Positions 37,530-48,590 of a stretch of 64,000 bases of DNA are shown in pieces. Source of the stretch: Macrostomum lignano. Lineage: Eukaryota. Made by a program: the position numbers and the translations under genes. The stretch lies in the NCBI GenBank assembly GCA_002269645.1, contig NIVC01003148.1:1-64000 (forward strand), read 5' to 3'. A model generated the notes under the pieces. That model made no database searches. It was not told the DNA's origin and saw nothing but the letters and a program-made list of their open reading frames with translations. Each line of letters starts with the position of its first letter. The stretch's first letter is position 1.

Positions 37530-38178
37530 GCTATAGCGGTAGGGCTTCGATTCCAGAGGGAAGAAGACGAACATTGTTGAGAAAAATTACAGAAGAGACA
37601 CGAAATTAGCTTGTTATTTCACAAAATTAGCTTTTCTCACTTCTATATTAGCATGAAAAACGTTTTGTTTTAACCTAGCATCTTCTTTTATACTTTGCTG
37701 CAGTCCAATCAGAACCTCTTGTACTCATTGGACAAGATTGAGTCTAGCTGTCTTCTGATTCACCTGATAACGATTTTGGAGCTTGTGATGTGACCAATCC
37801 TAGGATAACACGTTTGACTGAAATATCGTACTATAGTTTTGCTTCGCTAATATTTCCCACTGACCGTTTCTAATTAGACAACTCTTGGCCATCGAATCCA
37901 ACCAGTGAAAGATCCCGGTAGGGTCAGTTTAAAACTCGATCCTAGCTCAGCAGAAAGCGTTTACTGTTACATGTATTAACTGCAACGCATACATGCCTTA
38001 CATGCGAAATACGAGACAATATTATATGAGCTGTTCAACTTTTTGCTTATTAACTACGCCATAAATTATGCAAGTATTTCTGCTTGAATCGCTTGACTCC
38101 TTGCTTGCAGTTCATTGTTTTTGACAGTTCGATTTTAACGAGTACATATTAGTAGTTGATCCGTACATTATTCGTTTG

Positions 38179-38586
38179 CATATGCGTAGGAACGTTTCAA
38201 AAACTGAGGGCTAGGTTCAGTGGCGGATTTAGGGAGGGGGGACGCACAGGGCGCACACCCCGTCGAGTTAGATTTATTTATTTTTATATAGGAAATGCAC
38301 ATTATCATGTACGTACCGATTATTTTCAGAATCGGTGTCAGCCCTCATTTTGGTGCCGCAGGTACTCATTTTAGCGCCGCAGGCACTCATTTTGGCGCCG
38401 CAGGCACTGTGTTCTGTCGTCCTGCAGAAAAATGCATTCCTGCAAAGCAGCAAAAACCAGAAATAAGAGTAAAACATGAGAAAAAAGTCAAAATTTTGCA
38501 TTTAAACTGTGGAAGGGCCAGTTACCATTGTTGGCAAAGTGTGGGGAGGACGCATGGTCCCACTTTCCCCCATTCCTACGCATATG
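38179..38586. mobile_element. hAT-type MITE
   Basis: TIR catatgcgtagga / tcctacgcatatg; perfect 8-bp TSD ttcgtttg (38171-38178, 38587-38594); internal tttggcgccgcaggcact repeats. Confidence 0.85.
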
Positions 38587-38668
38587 TTCGTTTGACGAAT
38601 GTGCAATGAATAGTAATTTAGTAACTGTAAACGTGCCTTAATTTGGCTTTACGAGAGCTAGTTTGGGT

Positions 38669-38920
38669 GCACGCGAAGGTGTATTCAGCACGCCAGTGAA
38701 GTATGAGACAGACCAGGCCTAAGGGCTACGGTCTGCGATGCTTCACGCCTGCCCCTATATTCAGCAGGTCAAGGCTGGAGAGGGAGGTCTGCACCCGCTA
38801 TTTGCCACTGGCAGCCGCAGACCCCCCCCCCTCACGCTGTTTCACAAGTCGACCCAGGGTACTCGTCCCCGCGTGTGTTCAAGGCAGACCCTAGGGCTGC
38901 TGGACAGACTGGGCTCCGAC
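38669..38920 (+). ncRNA. HDV-like self-cleaving ribozyme at the LINE 5' end, with a ~170-nt structured J1/2 insert
   Basis: P1 GCACGCG (38669-75) / CGCGUGU (38870-76) with G1-U wobble. P2 GUCG-A-CCCA / UGGG-CUC-CGAC. P3 GGG/CCC. L3 UACUCGU. P1.1 AC/GU. P4 GGCAG/CUGCU. J4/2 CAGAC with C38905 in the catalytic position. Confidence 0.85.
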
Positions 38921-39141
38921 GCTGGCGACCCATCCAGTGGCTTCGGCCGAATTTGGGTATGCGGGTCTGGCTTGCCAGCCTGCAGGCCGTGGTACTGCTT
39001 AACGTACCCCCTAATGCCTAAGGTGTTTGACCGTGCCGATGGGCTGGAAGGCCGGGGGGTTGTCCGGTCGCTAGCGGTCCTTTTCTTTTTCTTCTTTCCT
39101 CTTTCTTTTGTGACTCAGCTCACTCCTTCCCGCTTTCAGCT

Positions 39142-40608
39142 ATGGCGTCATCCGCCTCTTTAACCCCCGCTGAAGCCGGGGCCCCGGCAACTCCGGCCGG
39201 TGACTCTGGCACCAGCGCCGCCCCACCGGGGGCAGATGGGCTTGCCGCCGGCTCGGCTGGTGACATGCCCGCACGCGCAACCGGGCCCTCCGCTGAAGCC
39301 CGACGCACCCGCAACCAACGCCGCAACGAGCGGCGACGGCGACTACGGGGTACTGCGGGCCGGCCACCGGCGGAAGGGGAACCTAGGGAGGGCGAGGCTG
39401 CTGTTGGGCCGAAAGGAACCACAGCAACCCCTGCCCCCCAGGATACAACCCCCGCTGGTGAGCCACCCAGTATACCTGCTACAAGCGCGGCCGGGCCTTC
39501 GGGAACCGCCGCCACCAACTACGCCTCAAAGGTCAAGCTCCAACCGGCGGTCATCGTCTTCGGGGAAGAGCAGGACCTCACGGCCGACGAGCTCGACAGT
39601 GCCTGGCGCACCATCGATGCTGCGCTCATCGACCAGCTCCTGGCGGGCCGCCCTGTGAGCGTGGTCAAGTCTGCCAAGACCGACGGCTGCATCTTCATCT
39701 GGTGCAGCTCGGAGGAGAGCAGCCGCAATCTACGCGAGCTTCTGCCAAAGCTGAACTGGCCCAAGAAGCTCGGCAAGCTCGTCTTCGCCAGCGAGGGCGA
39801 ACGACAGAAGACCCAGCGCTTTCGCGTCTGGATCCCGGCCGGCAGTGCCATTAAGTCCGGAGATCAGCTTAGGCAAATATTGCTAAAGCTGCACCCCGAC
39901 CTTAAGGTCAACGGGCTCCTACACCACGCCACTTCCCGCAAGGAGAAGGGGGCTACGGTGATCCTAGGGCTCTCTGATGACTGGGCTAAGCGCTTGCCGC
40001 CTAAGTCCACAATTCATATTGGTCTGACTCAGCTGACCATCCTCCGTTGCGAGGAGCGGAAAGCTGATGAAGCCAAGAATGCCAAAGCTTCCGAAACCGG
40101 AACTGGGGCCCAGGCTCCTCCGGCAAAGAAGCCGAGGCAAACGGCCGATCCTATGCCCGGTAAGGCAGTTCGCGCTGCTGAAACCGGAAATCGCAATCGC
40201 AGACCCGCCAGGAGCACCCGGAGGTCCGGCCTGATCCAGCGCGCGCTGGACCAGGCCAAGAACCTTCGTGCGCATCGTGAGCGGGCCCGCGCTTCTCGCG
40301 CTCCACCCCAACAGCCAGAAGGCCAGACTCTAAGCGGGGAGGCTCCGACCGACTGGTTCGAGTCTGTGACTCACCAGGAGGCTGGCGCCACCCGCATCGA
40401 CCTGACCGACGAGGCAGAGGGGACGGGCAGTGACAGCACCGAAGCACGCAGGAGAGGCGACGGTAACGTCCACGCTGGGCTCACGTCCGCGGAGGACTCC
40501 ACAGCCACCCTAACTGCTGAGGACGCTGAAACTCCCATGGAGGTCTGCGGGTCACCCACCACTGAAAAGGAGGAGGATGACCTGCTCAACGATTCCCCAA
40601 CTGCGTGA
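39142..40608 (+). CDS. LINE ORF1 (488 aa, no CCHC knuckles, LOA-type)
   Basis: Long ORF with ATG directly upstream of ORF2; central YASKVK...WIPAG domain flanked by low-complexity regions. Confidence 0.85.
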   Translation: MASSASLTPAEAGAPATPAGDSGTSAAPPGADGLAAGSAGDMPARATGPSAEARRTRNQRRNERRRRLRGTAGRPPAEGEPREGEAAVGPKGTTATPAPQDTTPAGEPPSIPATSAAGPSGTAATNYASKVKLQPAVIVFGEEQDLTADELDSAWRTIDAALIDQLLAGRPVSVVKSAKTDGCIFIWCSSEESSRNLRELLPKLNWPKKLGKLVFASEGERQKTQRFRVWIPAGSAIKSGDQLRQILLKLHPDLKVNGLLHHATSRKEKGATVILGLSDDWAKRLPPKSTIHIGLTQLTILRCEERKADEAKNAKASETGTGAQAPPAKKPRQTADPMPGKAVRAAETGNRNRRPARSTRRSGLIQRALDQAKNLRAHRERARASRAPPQQPEGQTLSGEAPTDWFESVTHQEAGATRIDLTDEAEGTGSDSTEARRRGDGNVHAGLTSAEDSTATLTAEDAETPMEVCGSPTTEKEEDDLLNDSPTA

Positions 40609-40610
40609 TA

Positions 40611-43600
40611 ATGATCAGCAACCAGGGAATCCATTGCCTGCAGATTAATCTGCAGCACTGCGTCGCAGCCTCGGTCAACCTTATGCGTTACGCCGAGCTC
40701 GACAAGCCGGGGCTCATCCTCGTCCAGGAACCCTGGACTCTCAGAGGTAAGCCTCAAAACGCCCCTGCTGGCTACAATTGTTTTTATACTTACCCTCGCG
40801 AGGCCAACCAGCCTCCCAGAGCTTGCATCTTTGCGAGCAAAACGCTCAGTGCGTGGCTCAGATCGGACCTGTCCAACAGGGACATCTGCGTCATCCAATC
40901 CGAGGACCTTCTTCCTGGGAAGACCACCCTCATTGCCTCGGTTTACCTACCAGGCGATGCTGCGGTCGTCCCCAGAGCCCTCGCTACGCTGGTAGAGCTC
41001 TGCTCTGCCAAAAACTACGAGCTCATGGTTGCCGGCGACATCAACGCCCACCACACTCACTGGGGCAGCACTGGCATTAATCAGAGAGGCGAAGACCTCC
41101 TAGCCTACGTTGCCTCTACGACCCTCGAGTTCTGCAACTCTGGGTCCACCCCTACCTTTGACAACGGACGGTGGTCGGAGGTGATCGACGCTACGCTCGC
41201 AACGCCCAGACTCTACCAGAGTATTGGGGCGTGGCGGGTGCTTCCAGTGTCCTCACTATCGGATCACAAGTTCATCTCCTTCAACCTAATGGCCGCGCGT
41301 AGCGCAACTCGTGTTATGTGGAGACGGAACGCCAGAAATACTGATTGGGAAACCTTCGGGCTCGCCCTGAAGGAATTCCATCGGTCTCCTGGCCAACCAT
41401 TCACGATCACGTCGTGCCGAGAGGCGGATGAGTGCGCGACTGTTTTGACAGAGACGCTAACCGCCGCCTTTGAGGCGTCCTGCCCTTTAAAAGCCTATAA
41501 AGGGAAAAAATCGGCGCCGTGGTGGAATCCCGAGCTCGGCAACCTCCGTCGCAGGGCTAAGAGACTCCACCGCAGAGCAACTAAAACTAAGAGCCCTGCA
41601 GACCAAACCGCCTATCATGAAGCAATTCATGAGTTTAAAAGGCAGGTTAGGAATGCAAAGGCTCAAAAATGGCGACAATACTGTGAGGAGCTAGAGGGCT
41701 CACGCCCCACCTCCAGAGTTGTGAAAGCGCTCACGCTGGACAAAATGTCTAAGCTCTCCTCGGTCAAACGCACCGACGGTACGTCCACGGACAACCCAGG
41801 GGAAACGCTTGATGTAATGCTCACTGCGTTTTTCCCTAACGAGCCAGCTAACCAGACCACTCCGGATCACTCGGAGGGAGGTCACGCGCTGGCTGCATCT
41901 ATCATCACGGAGGACCGCATTGTGAGAGCGGCAAATTCCTTCAAGCCTTTCAAAGCCCCAGGACCCGACGGCATTGTACCGGCCCTTCTAAGAGAGGCGG
42001 TTAAATGCCCAGGCTTCCTGCGCAAACTTTGCAGCCTTCTTCGGGCATGCATCACGCTTGGTTATGTCCCGCAGGCATGGACCGAGGCAAAGGTGATCTT
42101 TATCCCTAAGCCAGGCCGCCCGGACTACCATTCTATCAAATCCTTCAGACCGATCAGCTTGACCTCCTCCCTGGTCAAGCTGATGGAGAGACTGGTGCTT
42201 TGGCGCCTTCTCTCTGTTGAGCTGAAGAACAAACCTCTCAGCGAGAACCAGCACGCTTTTCGGGCGGGTCGCTCCACTGAAAGCGCGCTGCACGTCCTGG
42301 TCGATAAACTCGAGAAGGCCGTGCTTGGTAGTGGCTTTGCTCTGGGGATCTTCCTGGACATCATTGGCGCCTTCGATAACGTCCTCTTTGAGGCGTTCCG
42401 AAGAGCTCTTTGTGAGAGGCTAACGCACTCACATCTCACCAGATGGATCATGTACATGATCAGCCATCGCACGGCCACCGCCAGTCTGCTGGGCTACCAG
42501 AGGACGGTCCCCGTCTGCAAAGGTAGCCCGCAAGGTGGGGTGCTGTCTCCAGTTCTCTGGAATATGGTCATCGATGAGCTCCTCCGGGATGTTCGGCCTG
42601 ACCCCATTCTGAAAGTTGGATATGCGGACGATGTCACCGCGGTGGCATCTGGTCCGTCCCCTGATACCCTCAGGGACCTTCTTCAGAACTTCATCTACGC
42701 TGCTGAGCAATGGGCGGACCGCTGTGGTTTAAGGCTCTCTGAGACTAAGACCGCAGCGATCATGTTCACCAGCAGGACCAAGTGGCAGATTCGGCCGCTC
42801 ACGCTTTACGGAAGGGAAATCCCCTTCTGCAAGCAGACTAAATGTCTGGGTATTACCCTGGACCACAGGCTGAACTGGTCTCCCCACGTTCAAACAAAAG
42901 CCAAAAAGGCCTTCGCAGTCCTCGCGCAATTGCGCAGGGCCGTCGGCACCACCTGGGGGCTCACCCCCAAGCGCCTCTGGTGGATCTACACTGCAATGGT
43001 TAGGCCCGCTATCTCGTATGGCGGCCTGATCTGGGCTAGCGCCCTGCAGATAAAGACCTGTCTAGAGGCTCTCAGGAGAGCGCAAGGGCGCGCTTGTCGC
43101 ACGATCATGAGCGCCCCTCCGTCTGCTCCTTACGATGGCCTCAACGCCTTCCTCAACATTCCTCCGCTGGACATCTTTGTCCGCAGGGAAGCGGCTAAGA
43201 CTGCCCGCCGTCTAGCTGACGCTGGCATTCGAATCCAGCCCCATAGGGCCATGGCTAAGCGCAAGCTTCTGCCCCACGCTGACCTCTGCCTCAAGGACTT
43301 GAGAGACAGCGGCGGGCTCCACGTCCTATCTGACGGCGAACCCCGCACTCTCAACCTCTTTCAGCGCTACAAGGTCACCATCCCCTCTAGGGATGCTGCC
43401 AATGACCACTGGAATTTCCAGGAGGTCCATTGCTACACGGACGGATCCATCAAAGACGGTCGCGCCGGCTTTGGGGTCTGCATCATCATCAACGGCCGCG
43501 TAATTGCCACGCATGCCCAGCACACTGGTAGACTCTCCACAGTCTTCCAGAACGAAGTCCTTGCCATCAGCTCTTGCGCTGCAGAGCTAAACGCCAAGGT

Positions 43601-44314
43601 TACGAGAGGAAAGACTATTGTCATCCACTCCGACAGCCAAGCGGCCTTACAGGCCCTTTGCCACACCACAACGAACTCCCGGACAGTCGCCGACTGCGCC
43701 CGGCAGCTCAACCTCCTGGCCAGAAGCAATACTGTCAGGCTGAAGTGGATCCCAGGGCACGCAGGGTTTCCGGGGAACGAGCTGGCAGACACCCTCGCCA
43801 AGAGGGGCGGCTCTGGCTCTTTTTTCGGCCCTGCCCCCTGGTCCCTATGCCCTTGACAGTCATCAATCGTCAGATCGACGACTGGGCTGACTCCCTCCAC
43901 AGGGACAGATGGGCGGGCACCCAAAACTGCCGGCAATCTCGTGCCGCGGTTCCTTGCCCGTCTCACAGGCTCAGAAACATCCTTCTGAACCAGAATCGGA
44001 AGGATATTCGAGCCCTTGTCATGACCCTTACCGGCCATGGCTACCTCGCCAGGCACTGCTTCCTCCGAGGCGACCTCGAGAGCGAAATTTGCCCCTTTTG
44101 CGAGTGCGACAATGAAGATGCTCAGCACTTTGTCTGTCACTGCCCTTTCTTTAACAGAGACCGGCTACGCTACCTCGGGCCGAACCCGTCCATTGACGAG
44201 GTTTGCCAGCCCGACAGCATCCCACGGCTCATCCAGTTCCTTCGGGCGACTAGACGAGCCAGTTTCTTCCCAACGGAAGATCACGCTGCAGGACGGACCG
44301 GCGGACCACCCTGA
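40611..44314 (+). CDS. LINE ORF2: AP endonuclease, RT, RNase H, C-terminal CCHC; one 1-nt frameshift at ~43834-43838
   Basis: LQINLQH...LVQEPW, GDINAHH, SDH (APE); KAPGPDGI, FRPISL, PQGGVLSPVLW, YADD (RT); YTDGS, SDSQAAL, WIPGHAG..GNE.AD (RNase H). LTGHG...CPFC...HFVCHC lies in the shifted frame. Confidence 0.92.
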
Positions 44315-45396
44315 CCGGCCCCACGCCTCTGCCTGTCTACGGGCCTTCAGGGGCTAGCGGAATGGGCGACCCTCGCCTCCCCGCTGTGTCTACGGACCAC
44401 CCTGCAGCTAAGTTAAGTAAGTTAAAGCTAGTTTGGGTAGACATTGAAAACAATAGCGCAATAAATTTTTGCTTTGGTAATATTTTTATAATTGCATCCC
44501 TGTGCGGGATCATGCGATGAGGAAGTCCCAATGTATAAAATGTTTGATCGACTGTTTTACCTAATACGAGTAATTTACCCAGAAGATTTACCAAATATGG
44601 TGCCCATATTACAAGATTTCGGTTATTGCGTTTCACGCTGGCAATAAAATTGATCTTTGTGTCAATCTATGAAAGAACAGGATTATCGTAACATAGGAAA
44701 AAAGATAAATAGACCACGGGAACGCAAATGATGACAGATCATATCTTTGGCATAAAAACTTGCACAGGAAACTGAGCTAAGTGGCCGTCTAATGGAATGC
44801 CCATGGCCGAAATAAATGAACGAGAAATGACAACTTTCTGCTAATTGTGTCCCAGAGGCATCGCGTTTAGAGATGCAAAACAGACTTACCCGGTATAATA
44901 AATACATGTACCGAAAAGTGTGTAAAATAATGAGCGTTATTAATTCTAACTTGTAAATCACACGAGTGCCCACTTTAATTTAGATCCAGAAACGGTGTAG
45001 GAAAGAGATAATTCTAATCTTTAATCGTACGAGTACTTGTATGTTGTATCGAGTCATCAACGTGATGGTTAGTTGCGGAATACTTCTAAAGACTTTAATT
45101 TCTGTTATAATGCTTACATATCTATACGTTCGTACATGTACATGCACATTTACTACGCCATTCTAAAAAATCTACATGTACGTTCCCCTTTGATGATTCA
45201 ATATACTAAAAACGGCAGTAACAAACTTAAAATTTTTTCCTATGCAGTTCTTTAAAGAAATAACCCACCAACGCAGATAAAACATTTTCCAAGCCAATTT
45301 AACCCTTATTGGGAGAATCAAGCTATTGAAGACTTACCTTTCATTGTCCATGGCCCAAAAAAGGGGCTATGGAGCAACCAATTTGAGAATTTGGGC

Positions 45397-45719
45397 CATA
45401 GAGGAAAGAATAGAATGGAGTGCTAATCTCAGCCAGTTATATGTATTTTTATCTCGCTCGATCGTAATTTTTAACATCCCTTCCCCCCCCCGTTCCTTCC
45501 AATTGGCTCGTGACTGACTGCCATAGACAAAGTTTTTTTCGTCTCGTTTTCGTTTTCGTTCCCCCATGAAAGGTATGTCCCAGCATAGTACGAGCTCGCA
45601 TCAAAATATGCTTTCAGCCAATAGGAAGGAACGGGGGGAAAGGGATGTTTAAAGCGAAAATCGAGCGAGATAAAAATAACTGGCTCAGATTAGCACTCCA
45701 TTCTATTCTTTCCTCCATG
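45397..45719. mobile_element. hAT-type MITE with long TIRs
   Basis: cat(a/g)gaggaaagaatagaatggagtgctaatc... inverted at both ends over ~110 bp; perfect 8-bp TSD atttgggc (45389-45396, 45720-45727). Confidence 0.88.
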
Positions 45720-45839
45720 ATTTGGGCGCGCAATCAATCCTTTTCACAGTGCTCGTATATCCTTCACGAATAACTTCAATGAAATAACGGCTGCAAATAG
45801 ATGGCATATCAAAAAATGATTTGACATTAACACCTTGGT

Positions 45840-46996
45840 TTCAGAGAAACCAATCAAAATAGGCAAAGGCAAAACCATGGCATACAGTATATGCCGAGAA
45901 CAATCGTGTCTCTCGATCAAAACTGTTGGACAGATTGAAATCAAAGCCGATCAATGTTAAGAGAATTTCTTCCTCGTTTAAGCAGCGAGGGATAAAGCGA
46001 AGCATCTGCCGAAACCAGCCGCCGCATTTGGCTACTGTGATCTCAGACGTTGCCTCCTCCGCAATCCGATGAAGAACGAGTACGCGCCACTCAAGCAGTG
46101 TTGTCTCAGGCGGTAGATTGTCCAATTCGATTTTCACCTGTGGCTGCGCAACTTGCCGCTTGGTGGCCGCCTTCAAACAGGAATGCGCACACTCGGTCGG
46201 GTTCAGAATGGAGAATATGGAGGCAGTACTGCAACCTGCCAGTTCAGCTCAAGCTGCTGGGGGACCTCAGCCCGTTATGCAAGCGAGCTCCATCGACGAT
46301 GACTAAGAAGTTGTCGGCATTGTCTACATCATCTCGATTTTAGAAAGCATGGAGCAGCTCCTCGACAATGGTCGAAACACGTTTGCAGTCAGTGTGTGAC
46401 CGACAATCTTATGGTGTACCAAGCCGAGATTTGGTGCCACTGCCTGCAGTAAATTGACCTGAATCCCACGCTGCGTGTGCAAAACACGTCGGACTCGCTG
46501 GCCACGTCTGCTGCGTTCTTGGGACCGGCGAGTCCAAATGTTGAAACCGGTCTCATCAACATAGATGAGGTGACGTTCAGGTGGAACACCAGTGAGCCAG
46601 TGAGCAAATTGTCATCGGCGTGCCCGGTTTTCAGGACTATTCCTGACCACTGGCACATCGGCGTCTCGACCAAGGCACTTCAATGTAATCAGCTGTTTGT
46701 CCAAGGTCCGGCTTACAGTTGTAGTGCTCACTTTGAGGCCTGGATAGGTGTCAGTCAGCTTGCGTTGCTACTTTTTCAGCGTCACTAGAGGATTGCTATC
46801 CAGTGATGAAAGAAGCAGTTGGATGTATTGCTCTTCCAGATCTCCACCCCGTGAGTCTCGTGATTTCATAGCGACGCCTGATCAAATAGACTGTTTTTCT
46901 CTTTACGTCCAGCGATAGCGAAATGTGCTCAGCACTATCACCTCTCTCGATGGCAGCGATCAGGTTGTATTGCCTATCTTGCGATAGGGTTCTCAC
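45840..46996 (-). pseudogene. IS630/Tc1-like DD(E) transposase, decayed
   Basis: HTH MRTLSQDRQYNLI...VKRKTVY; LIYVDETGFNIW (~46545-46570); VIVDGARLH; LPPYSPF/LNPTE split by a frameshift (~46185-46225). Confidence 0.8.
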
Positions 46997-47914
46997 CGTG
47001 CAGGATTCTGCTCATCCACTGCATTTTGGGCTGTAGCAAAACTTTCGTCACTGCTCTGCTCGCTAAATTCTTCGTCTGCCATATCTATGTTTGTCTAATG
47101 CAATTTGTTATTTTCTATGGTCTAAGGCTTGCACAACTGTGGAAAGGATGAATTGCGCGTCGAAATTCTCAAACTGTTTGCTCCACAGACCCCCCTTTTT
47201 GGCCATAGACAATGAAAATCAAGTCTTCAATAGCTTGATTTTCCCACTAAGGATTAGTTTGAATTGCTTGTGTTGTGTGGGGTGCTGGGGGTGCTGCGTA
47301 CACTTTACCATCGTGCTCTTTAACTCTCTCCTTCGCTTGTTCTTTTGTGCGTACATGCACGTGACTAATATGTCTATTTTACAGTCCCCAAACGATTGAT
47401 CGGTTAAAATACTATTTCGACAAATACATATATGAATGATTTTATCATGCTATCGCATGAGCATCTTTCTGCCACGCATACTAAGTGAAATCTTTACAGC
47501 TTGCTTCTAGGCTCAATTGGCTTGAGAAATGCTATACTGAGCACTGAAAACTTATCCTTCCAGCTCACGAGCACTTATCTCTGGCCTGTGCTATCATACA
47601 TAACTGTTGCTACATATTGAAATCTCTTAGTTTATTAATTTGCTCTAGAGATACAGACAAGTGCATGAGTACCACCATCGCCATATATTTTTAAAATCAA
47701 CAGCCTTGCTCAATGCTGTACGAGCCACCACCAATAAATAGTATCATTGAAAAAGTCAATGCCGAAACCAATACAAGTCATTACCCGGGAAAAAAAACAT
47801 GCCAAACTTTCCAAGTCCACCATGTACTTGGATGACATTGTTGACTTACCAAGTTTGCAAAGTATCATTGTCATGTACTTAAAAAGTATGCAATGTTTTT
47901 ACCCAACTTCAATC

Positions 47915-48590
47915 GACTTTCCAAGTTTGCAAAGTACACTTCCGATGTCTACATCCAAGTACTTAGAAAGTATCCAAAGTAGAGCCTACTTGGTTCGACT
48001 TTCCAAGTTTGCAAAGTACACTTCCGATGTCTACATTCAAGTACTTGGAAAGTATCCAAAGTAGAGCCTACTTGGTTCGACTTTCCAAGTTTGCAAAGTA
48101 CACTTCCGATGTCTACATCCAAGTACTTAGAAAGTATCCAAAGTAGAGCCTACTTGGTTCGACTTTCCAAGTTTGCAAAGTACACTTCCGATGTCTACAT
48201 CCAAGTACTTAGAAAGTATCCAAAGTAGAGCCTACTTGGTTCGACTTTCCAAGTTTGCAAAGTACACTTCCGATGTCTACATTCAAGTACTTGGAAAGTA
48301 TCCAAAGTAGAGCCTACTTGGTTCGACTTTCCAAGTTTGCAAAGTACACTTCCGATGTCTACATCCAAGTACTTAGAAAGTATCCAAAGTAGAGCCTACT
48401 TGGTTCGACTTTCCAAGTTTGCAAAGTACACTTCCGATGTCTACATCCAAGTACTTAGAAAGTATCCAAAGTAGAGCCTACTTGGTTGACTTTCCAAGTT
48501 TGCAAAGTACACTTCCGATGTCTACATCCAAGTACTTGGAAAGTATCCAAAGTAGAGCCTACTTGGTTGACTTTCCAAGTTTGCAAAATC
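47915..48590. repeat. 82-bp tandem array (~8 copies)
   Basis: gactttccaagtttgcaaagtacac recurs at 47997, 48079, 48161, etc. Confidence 0.95.

Larger units (their letters stand above)
38669..44425 (+). mobile_element. Full-length non-LTR retrotransposon (LOA/R1 group, APE-RT-RNase H-CCHC)
   Basis: 13-bp TSD agctagtttgggt (38656-38668, 44426-44438); 3' tail (taagt)n; two ORFs; structured 5' UTR. Confidence 0.95.

Noticed and set aside
39120-44140. Numerous antisense and alternate-frame ORFs inside the LINE
   Set aside because: Expected shadows of GC-rich coding sequence; no motifs.
45748-47545. CAGTGCTC(A)GTATA inverted match as TIRs of the Tc1-like relic
   Set aside because: Only ~13 bp, no TA TSD, and no similarity further in; may be chance.
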